Source of the DNA: Tubiluchus corallicola
Lineage: Eukaryota > Animalia > Priapulida
Direction of reading: 5' to 3'
DNA length: 59,662 nucleotides
Assembly: GCA_030141605.1 (NCBI GenBank)
Contig: JAQGDQ010001143.1
Location: 1-59,662, forward strand
The translations under genes were made by a program, and so were the position numbers. Shown here piece by piece: positions 1 to 37,750 of this stretch (positions within the stretch are counted from its first letter, which is position 1; every line of letters starts with the position of its first letter). Below the pieces are notes generated by a model. That model searched no databases and had not been told where the DNA came from. It saw only the letters and a program-made list of their open reading frames with translations.

Positions 1-38
1 AGCAATACGTAACTGAACGAAGCATACCGCATATTGCT

Positions 39-190
39 AACAAGAACAAGAACAAGAACAAGAAGAAGAACAAGAACAAGAACAACAACAACAATAATAA
101 CAACAACAACAACAATAATGATAATAATTGAAAAAATTATAATAAATGAAATAAATATAATAATTAGGATAAGTATAATAATTATAATAA
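39..190. repeat. Compound microsatellite (AGAACA)n/(ACA)n/(ATA)n
   Basis: Directly visible simple repeats; explains the 34..261 low-complexity ORF. Confidence 0.9.
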
Positions 191-1197
191 TAAAATCGAA
201 CCTAGGCTCAATCTGGCATGGGAACAGCGGCGGCCATTTGAAAATTAAAGATGGCGGCTGAAGATATGCATAAAAACGGCACTCATCATTCTTGAATCCT
301 CAAATTGACTGGCCACAAAAAACAAATTTGGCACAAAACGCGTTAATAAAACAATAGTAGTTTATTATTTCTATAATTATAATAAAGATAATAATTATAA
401 TATTTATACTAAAATTGTTTAATAACAAATTCTAGATATAGCTCTACAAATTACATGAGAACAAAATTTCAAATAACCCAAATCTAGGTTTGATTAAAAA
501 AGAGGAAAGGTTATTAACTGGTGAAAGGATCCATTGTCAACGAAGCTGTACCAATGGACATCATCATGCTAGGTTACCACGTGTCCACCATTCGGAAACA
601 CGCGCTGAAGCCTGTATCAGCACAGAAACTGCCTGTAGTGGCTCGTGCGTTGTAGGCGTGATCATTCCAGCGGATTGGCCGGAAAACCCAGAAACTCCAA
701 AAACGTCTCCTGCACACTAGAAGCCATCAAAATGGCGGAGGTAGCGAGAGGAATTTCATTGTTCCAACAATTTCGCAGCAACAGCATTAAGCATTTTCTG
801 TCACAACTGGATTCTGATGGCTGTGGACGTCCATACTTCAGCAACTCCAATAACAACTAAACTTTCAAACGGTTCGACATACACGACGAAGTTTCACAGC
901 TAGTTCTAAAACCGTCTGTTCTCCTCTCAGAGAAACAGAGGCTAAGAAGCCAAAAGTCACTTTGTTTAAGGCGGCAGTAAATATCAAGCTGATTCACTGG
1001 CCATATTTACTATAAGACCTCAAACTTCGCTGCACCTCTCTTTCCTCTCTAGTAACCACAACCCGTAATCAGAGTGACCACGGAATCACGGTTCAACGAA
1101 TCCCAGAGGCGCAAAGATGCATCTGTTCGTAAGAGATATTATATTATGCAATAGCAATTTTTGTATACTTTTGCTGTAGGTTTACAAAAGCAAAAGA

Positions 1198-2666
1198 TGC
1201 AAATAAATGTACAATGACATATACAGAGAAACCTACTGAATGCAGCAGTTTTAGCAACTAACTGTAGCATGTACGATTTTTTGTAGTGTTTGTGAACAAG
1301 CATTTTTTAATTATGTATACATATATAAAAGTAAGTAAGGAGTAAGTTTTCGTAAATTATTACATGGATCAAAATAACATGTAGTGTTGTAGAATTTTTT
1401 GTACTAAGTGTTGCCTTGTTTCACTTAGCACAGACGATTTTTCATTTTGTCAAGACGAATTTGAAGCTTTTGACAAAAAAATAAGTATGGCTGCCGTGTT
1501 AAATTGAAACTTATCATCAATTTGTAGTGAAGAAATCAAACCATGCTTTTTAAAGAAAATTTCAAATGCTAACAAGAAGTACTCGAATAATAGTAACAAT
1601 CGCGCGTTTTTTCGAGATTCACATAAAACCAATTTTCTAAATAACCACATATATTAATAAGAAAAAATGATTGTTTTATATTATTAAATAGAGAAAATAT
1701 TATACTTGTATATATATATATATATATATACCTCCTTAGGTATCCTTGGCATTTACTGCTTACCAGTATTAGATACCTCGTTGTGTTTGTATAACTGACT
1801 TGTGTTACTGGCATTTGTAAACTACGAAAGCTACGAAAGTAAGACGAGCTTTACGTGCAACTGCCCAACCATTTTGACTATTTGCCCAACCAATATGACA
1901 TGGGCATATTAATAGCAAAACCAAATGTCAAATAGCCAATTTTCAGGAGTGGACGAGTGGTATAAAATGGAACCAAGGGATAGGAAAATCGTCCACTTCG
2001 ATTTTCGCCTTGGCCAGTTAGTGACTACCCAGCTTAACATGTTTGCAGCCACGTTTGCGCTTGTCTTAGGGCTTCTAGCCTGCAGAGGTAAGAATTGAAA
2101 TTAGATTGAATTATTTAGAATCGTTGATGTATATGGTTTTGTTCTAACTGTTTCAATTTTGAATAAATACATACACAAATCGAAGATTATTTTAAAAGAT
2201 TTTATTAGATTGAAATTAGAAAAAATATTTGTTCACAACGCTACAAAAAATTGTACATGCTACAGTCAACTGCTAGTCCATTTGCAGTCAGTAGGTTTAT
2301 CTGTATATGTTGTTGTGCATTTATTTGTACATGCTTTATATAATGCTGCTGCTGCTGCTGCTGATGCTTTTATAAAAAGCATTTTTAAGATTTTAATAAT
2401 CTGCCTAGTGCTAGAATTAAACAAATTATTTAGAAAATTGGTTTTATGTGAATCTGGAAAAAAGCTCAATTGTCATTATTATTCGAGTACTTCTTGTTAG
2501 CATATGAAATTTCCTTTGAAAGCCGTTTTTTGATTTCTGCACTAAAATTGATGATAAGTTTCAATTTAACATGGCAGCCATACTTATTTTTTGTCAAAAG
2601 CTTCAAATTCGTCTTGACAAAATAAAAAATCTTTGTAAAAATTTACGAAAACTTACTTCTTACTTA
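1198..2666. repeat. Two pairs of diverged inverted-repeat arms, probably non-autonomous TE remnants
   Basis: About 1330-1645 is the reverse complement of about 2425-2666 (e.g. gtcaagacgaatttgaagcttttgacaaaaaa / ttttttgtcaaaagcttcaaattcgtcttgac). About 1198-1295 is the reverse complement of about 2233-2335. Confidence 0.7.
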
Positions 2667-3018
2667 CAGTAAAGGAAAGCCGTGTTAAATAATGTTTTTG
2701 ATTAAATTGGTGATTAAATTATTAAATTAATAATTCAAGATTAAATGCTTGACGATGCAAGATTAAACTATCGTCGTGGCAAGTAGCCTAGCTAGGTGTG
2801 GCATCACGTGACCAGCTGATGTTCGACCGGCTGACTCAGAAGTAAAGATTGATGATGTAATCCTTATGCGCAGAAGCTCACGGCGCATTAGGTAGTTAGA
2901 CAAAAGTGTTTTGAGGCCCGCACCTCGGGGGAGATTAGGAACTGGCTTGAAGACGGAGGGCGGGCATTACTAACCTTTTATATTTACCCTGTTGTGTTTG
3001 ATATTTAATAAATGTATA

Positions 3019-3344
3019 CAGTCGACCCTCGGTAAACCGGACCCCGTTAGCCCGGATATCGGATAAGACGGACGTCATCCGTGGTAAAGGAAACTGACCG
3101 ATTTCCGTCCGAGTCCGAGCGCCAAACACAACACGGCCTACCAACTGTACAATAATTTCTTTATCCTCTCAGGTTAACTATTTTAAAGTAATATGCAGCA
3201 TAGTATATAGTGCAATGTATATAGGCCTTATTAAGGTTATTATTCCTGTATAATATAGACCATATATAGGCATATCGGATAAATCGGACAATCGGCTAAA
3301 CTGGACCCCCCCCCCAATTAGTCCGGTTTAACGAGGGTTCACTG
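3019..3344. mobile_element. Tc1/pogo(Tigger)-type MITE
   Basis: TA|CAGTCGACCCTCGGTAAACCGGAC ... GTCCGGTTTAACGAGGGTTCACTG|TA: TIRs with TA TSD, no ORF. Confidence 0.85.
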
Positions 3345-4134
3345 TAGTTTATTAAATAAAGTCTTGATAGTTTGCCATGCCCATCGGGGCTACCTCACAC
3401 GCCACGCAATAAACAACAATAATCAGCAAGCAGCTTTAACCACAAGAACAAATGGGCTTTATCCAATTATTTTACTCTTACTTTTACTCTACACCTGCTA
3501 CCAAAGGTTCAGGTTTTCACTCGTATAATACTCGTTGTAAAGATAACACACGTCCACCCGTTTTTGTGAACAAGTTTCAGATGAAGGAGCACTTAGTTTT
3601 AAATACTCTCATTTTACAGTTAATTAATTGTTAGTTTTCACTCAGTCTTGCCAAAGATTAAAAATACAGTAAAAATTTCTCTTTGGAAACATTTCTTCTT
3701 ATGTAATATTATAGGAAATATTACTAATTGTTATGTATTTGAACTATACTCTTAAAATATTATAGTTGGAATTGTAATCATATTTTAGGTTAATAATCGT
3801 TAATGGAATCTTACCTAGTTTATTTTTTCTTGTTCCTAAGCAATATTCTGCTAGTATACTCTATGCACAGACTAATGCATAATTAAGTAAAGTCCAAGTA
3901 AAACAACTAAAATTACTGAACTGATGCGGCAGATAGCTTTGCTCTACCACATGTCACGTAGCGGTTGTTGTTAAGACGCGTTGCTATGGTACACTTAACC
4001 TTTGACCTACAGCACAACAAAAGGTTTACTGTTATTCTGGCCTCTTCGCACGATTACTTGCTTTTTGCTTTTTCCTCCATAAAATCATATGGCGTTTATC
4101 CATTTAAGTTCAGAACGTTAATAGGCAGCAGTGT

Positions 4135-4335
4135 GATTTAAAGGAAAAGAACAAGCCACTTTGTATATTGGGTTTATTTGACACCTGCCATTCAAACTTA
4201 GATATATGATTTAAAGGAAAACACAAGCCACATTGTGTGTTGGATTTATTTTACTGGTACAATCTAAATTTTAAAAATGCGATTTAAAGGAAAAGGCAAG
4301 CCACATTGTATGCTGGTTTTTTTTACCCCTTACAA
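4135..4335. repeat. Degenerate 3-copy tandem repeat, unit about 73 bp
   Basis: gatttaaaggaaaa...caagccac(a/t)ttgt recurs at about 4135, 4208 and 4281. Confidence 0.75.
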
Positions 4336-6233
4336 TTTAAGCTTGGAAAAATATAACAAACATATTTGCAAAAAAAACTGTAACGTCTTCGGTGGCTACT
4401 TAACTTTTCGTAAGCGCATCGTGGCTTTCCGTAAGCTCGCTCTGCTTAAGCTAATTTAAATTTCTGCAGCTTACCTAATGTTCTTGCGAAAATATCGCAA
4501 CGTTAACCGTCTAATTTTTTGTAAAAACTTATCCCGCCTTTGACAAATATTGAAGTGCGCTACTTTTCTTGACGACATAATTGTTGGAAAAATGGCATTC
4601 AAAATCTTGGCATCCAAACACCCAGTGATCTCACCTTCTTAAGGCGATATTGCTAATTAAACGAGGCACTTATCTGGCGTATAGTGGAAATCTTGCATTG
4701 GCGTGCTTGGCGGCCTTCGCTTGTTTTGGGCTTTGGCCACCTTGTGGTGATTTTTGGCCTAATCACGTGATCAATTTGATCTGGGTCAGAGGCCTACTGT
4801 GGAGTGAAGCGTGTCATGATAACTTGATAAGATATTGTCGTTATCTGTTACAATTGTTTATGATTTGGGGCTAATAATGTATCTATATCCTCTAATTTCT
4901 TTATAAAATTAAAATTTACTTTAAGATAACAGCTAGGTATTAATTAATACGACAGTACAGTGTAGAACTCGTAATTATGTAAAATTGACTTTTGGCTAGT
5001 GTTATTTTTTTTTGTTATTTGTTTATTTGTTATTTTTTGGCACTAATTTCATATGTTTAGATGGAATGATATGTTTTGGCAAATAAAGAGCAAAGAAATA
5101 ACAAAATTTAATCGAGCTTCGAATTTGGTTTTGAAAGCCCAAACAACGCGTTTATTACAAAACCTTTCTAACTTTTAAGGAAGCTTGGCTTTTCCTTTAA
5201 ACATTATTTGTTTCATTGGCTGAATCGAGAGCTCACCAGAGAGACACGAGCAACTTTATCGTTGGAGGAGATGAAATTCCAATAGAAACGGCATGTTACC
5301 AGGTAAGATATGTTACAGCCTTACTGGCTTTGGTATTGCGAAGAACTTCTTTAGTTCCAAGTAGATACTAAGCACATGTCGAAATACAAAATATCTATGT
5401 TGATATAGACGTGTACGTATTAAAGGATTTCGTTATCATGCCAAATGTTTTCGCTGGGGTGTTTTGGGGAGAGCTAACAACCGACATTGGAAGGTTTATC
5501 AGACTGTTTTTGTAGATGCAATGTTCGTGTTAAACAGAGAAAATCACTGGATGAAAACATGGTTTAACTTTGCGATCTGTATTGTATTCGAAATCATAAT
5601 CTCATTGTCAATCCAGATATATACGAAAATAAACACTAGCAAACAAAAGTTAAAGTAAATACATCAGCCAATATATCATGGCACCTGAGTCTCAACGTTA
5701 TAATCACCAAAACCACTGTTTAAGCCTATTGCTTGTCCACTCATCTTGCTACCAAGTCAAGAATAGTAGTTATTCGCAGAGAAGCCAAGTAACCCAGTTC
5801 TATACAAACATATCGCAGAAACAAGTACATCCATATATTGGAAACTTCCAAGTGCACAAACAGATGTCAGCACTGACTTAGTGGTAGTGAAAAACAAAAA
5901 GATTAAAACTACAAATCAAAATTAATAATAAACCGTAAATTAAATGCTCGCATCTGTGACAAAAGGTGCACCTGAAGTAGGTTTCACAAAAATCGTCTTA
6001 AAAATATATCATTTATTTTTTAATTAATTAATTAATTAATTTTTGAGCATTACTAATTTCTGCCACAGTACTGAGCGCATGTTTGGATTAATATCAGTCA
6101 TCTATTGTATTGTGTGTTACAGGCAGCATTAATGGATCCACGCTATAATCCAAATTGGCAGTTTTGTGGCGGAAGTGTGATCAATTGCCGTGCAGTACTT
6201 ACAGCCGCCCATTGTCTTGAGTAAGTGAATGTA

Positions 6234-7041
6234 CAGTAAGTCCTCTTTAACGACGCTTTCCAGCAAAACGAGACGTTAAGCAAAACGTCGTTAAGCGAAA
6301 CCAGAAAGTAATGTAAAAGAATTGAGAGGTAAGAGAATTGTAAGAGAAAGAATTCCAGAGGAAAAAACAATGCTGCTTAAATCTATTCTATTATATTAAT
6401 ATTCTTGGTATATATATATACTCTTATATTAATATTCTTGGTATATATATATATATAAGATTCGAGGCTACAGCTTCGACGACGGCACCATTTGCGGCGA
6501 TCTATATATCAAAAGAACGGTCTCGATCTAGTGTCGTCTCATTGGGGGTTTATTTTTCGAATCGGGCCCACCGGGAGGAGGGGGGGGGGCGAAAAACCTT
6601 CAAAAATGGCCATTTTCGGCCGTTTTTTGCAAAAGTTATACGGCTGAGATGTAGAGAACGGGAACGGGCCGAGGGTGGTGCTGGGTATGGGTAGATAGCC
6701 CGTTCAGCGTTGGGTGCCATAGGCCTATTTAAAATTCGCGAGAGGGCCACGGGGTCCCGCAATGGGCGTTTTCCCGGACACAACTCGCGGTTTTTTCGAA
6801 ATTTTGACCAAACAACCTGCGGAAAAAGCGTTCTAGCGGCGCCTGGTGGGACTCTCGGAAGGAGATATATAGCTCTTTACAAAGAGGAAAAATCATATAA
6901 ATAAAATGTCTTATTAGTTTCTTTATAGGTTCAACTAATTAATTTGTTTCTGCTTCTGCTTACTTGGCAAATGTGGCAAATGTTCAGTGTCGTTAAAATG
7001 GAACGTCGCTAAACGGAGAGCCATTAAGCAAGGATTTACTT
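6234..7041. mobile_element. Tigger-type MITE in protease intron, interrupted by a second element
   Basis: TA|CAGTAAGTCCTCTTTAACGACG ... CCATTAAGCAAGGATTTACT imperfect TIRs, with subterminal cgtcgttaa repeats at both ends. Confidence 0.65.
6458..6895. mobile_element. GC-rich interspersed element next to a (TA)n tract; class uncertain (Helentron/HINE-like?)
   Basis: 6692-6890 recurs in direct orientation at 59008-59205; sharp GC rise; nested inside the MITE. Confidence 0.65.
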
Positions 7042-7554
7042 TAATAACCAATACATCACGAATTTTGCCAGAAGGATTTCTGACTTTTATGTGATCACTA
7101 ATCAAAGCTGTCACAAAAGATTCGATTTTTACTTGTTGACGTTTCTCAGTGACGTTTTTCAGTTAGAAATTCAGTGTTTATAGACAGGGCCTATTTCAGG
7201 GGGTGAGTGGGGATACTTCCCCGGGGCCTCACCCTCTAGGGGGGCCTCGCTCCAAGGTAACATTTCTTTGGTTTATGCGAACATACTGCCTCCTCTCTCC
7301 CTCTCTCTCTCTCTTGCCACACGCGTGCCGCTTGCCAGTATTGACAAGTATTAAGGCCTGGTCTTGAGAATAAAGCAGTTTTTCTTTCAGTTGTTCTTTC
7401 CTTTAACAACTGTATAACTCCATATTTTCTCTTCGAAAATGCTTCTCCGGCATTCTAGCAGTTCAAAAATTTTATGGGCGCCAACCATGGTGGCACCCGA
7501 CCCCCGGTGCTACACCCCCCACTGTTATTATTATCGTTGTCACCGTAGAAACAT

Positions 7555-7845
7555 TCACCATCATCATTATCATCATCATCGTCATCGTCGTCATCGTCAT
7601 CATCATCGTCGTCGTAATTATCATGACTGCCATCATCGTCATAATCATCATCATCAGCATGAGGAGCAGCAGCAAGATTGGCATCATCGTCATTGTTATA
7701 ATTGCTAGCATTGCTATCATCATTATTGCCGTCATCATCATCATCTATCATCACCATCCATGATCGTCATCATCATCATCATCATTATCACATCATCATC
7801 ATCATCGTCATCGTCGTCATCATTATCATCATCATCATTATTATT
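7555..7845. repeat. (CAT/CGT)n microsatellite
   Basis: Visible; explains the poly-H/D/M ORFs. Confidence 0.95.
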
Positions 7846-8017
7846 CATTACAATTTTTACAATTTTTGATAAGAGTTTAATAATATGTATGATATGAATT
7901 TTGACCCCTAAGTGATACCTGCTTCTTACTTTTATAGGGAAACGCCAGAAAGCAATGTGGTTATAGGCGTGGGTTATGCTGATAAGACAAGTGACAATCT
8001 TAGGAAATTTGAAGTAA

Positions 8018-8018
<1 letters not shown>

Positions 8019-8095
<77 letters not shown>

Positions 8096-8144
8096 ATCCC
8101 CCCTCTCTCTCACTCACTCATTCATCTCTCTTTCTTTCTCCCCC

Positions 8145-8177
<33 letters not shown>

Positions 8178-8211
8178 ACTCACTCATTCATCTCTCTTTC
8201 TTTCTCCCCCC

Positions 8212-8250
<39 letters not shown>

Positions 8251-8280
8251 CCCCTCTCTCTCTCTCAGTCACTCACTCTC
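8019..8280. repeat. (CT)n microsatellite
   Basis: Starts about 5 nt after the protease exon-3 donor. Confidence 0.95.
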
Positions 8281-10159
8281 TTAATATTGTAGTACCCCAT
8301 TCAATTCCTTACTCAAATATAAAATGTGATAGAGCATTGCATAAGCAACAGCTGTCTAATTATTTCAATACTGTATCACGTACATGAATCTGGGCCTGAT
8401 TTTTCATCCAAATAATCGTTTTGTAGGTACAAAAGATTATTTGCCACAGAAAATACAACTCGGGAACTTTTAAGCGAGACGGATGTTTGGTTATTCTTAG
8501 AGAACCTATTCCGTGTGATCTTTTCAATGCTGGAAAAGTGTGTGCTATTGAAATTGCTAAAAAGGGTGAGTTAGCAAATAATTTAACAGTTTGTAACATT
8601 TCCAACCACGTATCTCTATTTTAGTTTCATATTTCTACCCACTTTCTAACGCCGCAGACCCTTTAAGGTCATTGGATTAAATGCAATATTTATAAAATGG
8701 CCTTTTTTATGTTTTAATAGAAATGACGTATAAATCACTACAATATTGAGTTGGAATATGGCAGTCATTGATTGTAGTACAATTGGTAAAGATTAATTGC
8801 CAAGAAAAAATGTGACTTAATCCTCTGGACTACAATGTCTGGAACATAAAATTGTTTGATACTTGGGAAGTAAAGGCAAAAATTGTTGAGTGTTGGGATC
8901 AAAGACGCCTTAAAGAAGTGAGACACTGTGTCAGCTGTTGAAAAAATCGCCTTCTTCTTGTTCACAGTGAAAATAGTGGATTCCGTAGAATTGTTTGTTG
9001 TAAATTTTAACAATGGTGACATAAAAAATGAAATCATTCACAATCGTTTGTAACATCATTGTGGTAATTTTCAAGCGATTCGGATACCTTCTTATAACAT
9101 CGTGATCGAAACTTCGACGCGTTTTTTTTGCGTCACCTCGTATAAATAAGCGTCGAGTTGCTGAATTCGGTTGTTAATTTAGTGTTTTCGTCTTTAGTTT
9201 GTTCGTAATTAAGATCCTAAGCCCGCGATTTTAGATCACTATGCCACTTCGACGAATAAAGAGCGATTTACAATTATTCTTTTATGATAACGATAGTGTA
9301 TGAAATATAACAATTTAATACAGTATGATGTAGTAATTTTGATGTCAATGTGTGCTTAATGTCATTATATTGCACTGAATGTGATAATAATAATAAAAAA
9401 AATAATAAAAATTTCGTTTCAGCTGTAAAAATGGCAGCAGTGAACCAATAACAAAGGACGCGTCGACTAACAAAAAGTAAATTTTGGCGGTAAAAAAGCA
9501 AAATAATACTAACGATCCACCAGAACTGGTTGTTCCCCAGCCGCTAACATATGCCGTTGTACCGTCTTCGCATTCACCTGAAGAAAATATTAAAAACCGA
9601 TGAGATGTTTTTAAACAAAAAAGCTAAAGAGGGCAGCACCTCGCAGGAACAACAAATTCAAAAAAGGGAAAATTAGAATTAAGGCGAAATCTGTCTGCAA
9701 CAACTTGTCTAAGACAGATTTTGGCTCGTATGCGTGTTTGATAAGCACTAGTATTTTGCCAACATTTGCACACGAAAATTATTTTTTAAACGAGCTTAAT
9801 TTTTGTCATCAGACAAACTCACCCTGCTCTGGTCTGCCGGCTCTAAACAAAAATCTGTTTAACACAAAACCAATTGGACCAATAAAAAGCAAATAGTTAT
9901 GGTCACGTGATGTCTAATAATTGCTTACGCGGTTACCAATGACGCAGATTACTTCACACAAAAGCTTTCAAAGACCTGAAACGATTTGCGTCAGCCAACG
10001 AGTGATGTCACGAAAAACGGGCTTTACATTATTGAAAACGGAACAGGAAAACAAATGTAAATTGTGTTAATTTATGAGCAATAAAACTTGTGTGAACTAG
10101 AAATACAAGTGTGTAGAAGATTTCCAACAAGCAAGTTGTAATTCTCAGTCTGGAATTTT

Positions 10160-10400
10160 CTCTTTTTCTCTATGTTTGTCTATTATTCTATCTTAACTAT
10201 CTATCTATCTTTTATATCATCTCATATATGAGCTTCATTCATTACATCATTCCATTCTGAAGCACTAATGTTTTCTTTATCATACGATTCACTTCAAATT
10301 TTGAAATAATTTCCATTACTTTTTTTTGTTGCACAGTGTGGGACAATCTAACAAGCCCTGATTTTTGATTGCCCGCAACACATTTACATTTCTATATGTA
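10160..10400 (+). mobile_element. LINE (CR1/L2-like) 3'-UTR remnant with stem-loop
   Basis: gtgtgggacaatctaacaagccctgatttttgattgcccgcaacacattta; a near-identical reverse-complement copy lies at about 36945-36998. Confidence 0.55.
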
Positions 10401-11044
10401 GCAAACCTAAACTATGGTATATCTAAACTAGTTATGCACTCAAAGTAAACTGTATACAAATTTACTAAGCAACATACAACAGCGATAATTCTCTTGTTTA
10501 TCTTTCAACCCCACAGTATTTTGAGAGTTAAGTTAGTATATTTGTAATGATGCTGTACATAACGTTGTTTAGACACCAGTATTAAAGGAAGTAGCGATAT
10601 CTCTATCTTTGTTTACCATAGGTTGACCTACGTCTAAAGACAGTTTAAATCATTTTTCCAAAATTTGCTTCCTATTATGTATCTTACTGTTTGTTATTCA
10701 TTGAATTATTGATAACTTTTTGTTTCTTTTAATGTATTAATTGTGTATTTGTGTTGATGTGAAATAAATAAACAAAAAACAGCAATTTAGACACCGAGTC
10801 TATAGTAATGAAATTAAGAACATGATTTGCAGCTTATTCTGTCTGCTTATTGCAAATTATGTAATCAAATCACAATTTCCAGTAAGTTTTTTACACAAAT
10901 ATTGACAAGTATTCTATGTTTTGCAACAAATGTACTACAAACTATCTAAATACGATACGTTTATCAGAAATAAAAATGCACTTTTTTCTGTTTTAGGTTT
11001 GACAAAGATGAAACGGTTACGGCAAACTTGCTAAAAGCCGCCAG

Positions 11045-12280
11045 ATGGTGATTATTATTATGAACGCGCTTGAACTAAACATCACAACAATGGAAACGGC
11101 AATCAGCGTGGTGGAAAACTGCGTACCCGTTCCGTGCCATCTCGAGTCGGCACTGGCCGGACCGTACGTGCAAAAACCGGGATACACATTTGGTGAGCAC
11201 GGTCAGGCTAAACTGACCAACGAGAACTATTATGAGCATTACGATGCGTTTGTGGGTGTGAACATAGCAGTGACGCTGGGCAGTTGTTTGTTATTCTTTA
11301 TATGTTATATAATTTACAAATCTACGAGGCATTTGTTCCACCCAAGCATGTACCAACCAGTGCACAATGTGAGAAAAACGGTGATACCAGAATGTGTCGT
11401 AGAATTGCCTCCAGAAGAGGAAACAATTAAGATTCCCATATGTAGAACTATCTCCAATCAAACAGAACCCCAATATCCACCCAGACGGTATGACACGCTG
11501 CTGCCGTATCAGGAAGTGTTCCACAAGAAGCCGTCGCTACGGAAACACGGATCGCCGCGACGGTGCGCAAGCCACCGCAGCGTGCAGCTGAGCACGGATG
11601 TTGAAGTTTATCCAATAGAAGACACGTCGTGGCACCGGCCGCCATTACGTTGCCAGCACAGTTTAGCGGAAATAGAGACGTTGTTACATCCGCATGAACA
11701 AATCCGTCGACAATCCAGGTCCTTTGACGTCTGTCCAATACACGGAGATGCAGCTATTCAGCACCATTACCATCATCAATATCGTTATCAGAACTCCTTA
11801 GATCCAACTCAGCCTGTCTTTCGGTTCGATCACCTACCACCACCCAACCTCGAAAGTCACAATCCGCCGCCCCACTTCTACCTGGATGACTTTCAGCAAG
11901 CGGAAGACGTTAGCGAAAATGCGCGGATGTTGCCGCCGGAATCTCCGCGTCCGCAGTACCTGCGCATCCACAGCGACATTAACAATTGGCTAAGGAACAG
12001 CGAGAACAACCACAGGGGATCGTACGTCCACGCGCGTGCGTTCTCCACGCCCAACGCGCATTGTGATGTTAATAAAACTCAGGAAGGCAACAGGCTGAAA
12101 GTGTTCACGTGGCCGAAAAAAGGTCCAGAGTTGGGTTCCAGTTGTGCAATAAGTCCCAGTCCGTCTTGTATGCTAGACAGTATTAATTCAGAAGGGTCTG
12201 ATTCAGTGTTTTGTACTGATGGTGGAGGAGCAACCGAAAGCAAAGCTGCTAAACTTGGACTCAACGAAACAAAGCTATAG
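11045..12280 (+). CDS. Uncharacterised 411-aa single-pass membrane protein (one coding exon)
   Basis: Long non-repetitive GC-elevated ORF in AT-rich background. Acceptor ttttttctgttttag ends at 10996. One hydrophobic helix (FVGVNIAVTLGSCLLFFICYIIY) followed by K/R. Pro/His/Ser-rich tail ending ETKL*. AATAAA at 12329. Confidence 0.85.
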   Translation: MVIIIMNALELNITTMETAISVVENCVPVPCHLESALAGPYVQKPGYTFGEHGQAKLTNENYYEHYDAFVGVNIAVTLGSCLLFFICYIIYKSTRHLFHPSMYQPVHNVRKTVIPECVVELPPEEETIKIPICRTISNQTEPQYPPRRYDTLLPYQEVFHKKPSLRKHGSPRRCASHRSVQLSTDVEVYPIEDTSWHRPPLRCQHSLAEIETLLHPHEQIRRQSRSFDVCPIHGDAAIQHHYHHQYRYQNSLDPTQPVFRFDHLPPPNLESHNPPPHFYLDDFQQAEDVSENARMLPPESPRPQYLRIHSDINNWLRNSENNHRGSYVHARAFSTPNAHCDVNKTQEGNRLKVFTWPKKGPELGSSCAISPSPSCMLDSINSEGSDSVFCTDGGGATESKAAKLGLNETKL

Positions 12281-12303
12281 CATCAGCCAATCACAGAGCT
12301 ATT

Positions 12304-12334
12304 TTTATTTATACTTTTCTAGTTTATAAATAAA
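12304..12334. terminator. Overlapping convergent poly(A) signals
   Basis: Minus-strand AATAAA (tttatt 12304-12309) and plus-strand AATAAA (12329-12334) lie between the stops of two convergent genes. Confidence 0.45.
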
Positions 12335-12457
12335 ATGCACAGTTCAGGAACGAGTAAACAAGAATTGTGAATTTCATATGGTAAATATGGACATATGTAA
12401 AACAAAAATTACTAATCCGGACCACTGATCCTGGTGAATAATCCATATTATGTGGAT

Positions 12458-37750
<25,293 letters not shown>

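Larger units (their letters stand above)
5180..8565 (+). pseudogene. Trypsin-like (S1A) serine protease, 5' half only; probable pseudogene
   Basis: Phase-compatible GT-AG exons: 5180-5302 (EAWLFL*TLFVSLAESRAHQRDTSNF-IVGGDEIPIETACYQ), 6123-6220 (AALMDPRYNPNWQFCGGSVINCRAVLTAAHCL), 7938-8013 (ETPESNVVIGVGYADKTSDNLRKFE), 8427-8565 (VQKIICHRKYNSGTFKRDGCLVILREPIP...). IVGG, CGG, TAAHC (catalytic His) and the catalytic-Asp segment are present. In-frame TAA at 5198-5200 lies in the signal-peptide-like stretch. No GWG or GDSGGP exon found. Confidence 0.8.

Noticed and set aside
490-1120. GC-elevated segment with short ORFs
   Set aside because: No recognisable domain, stops in all frames, no consistent splice structure; probably TE debris.
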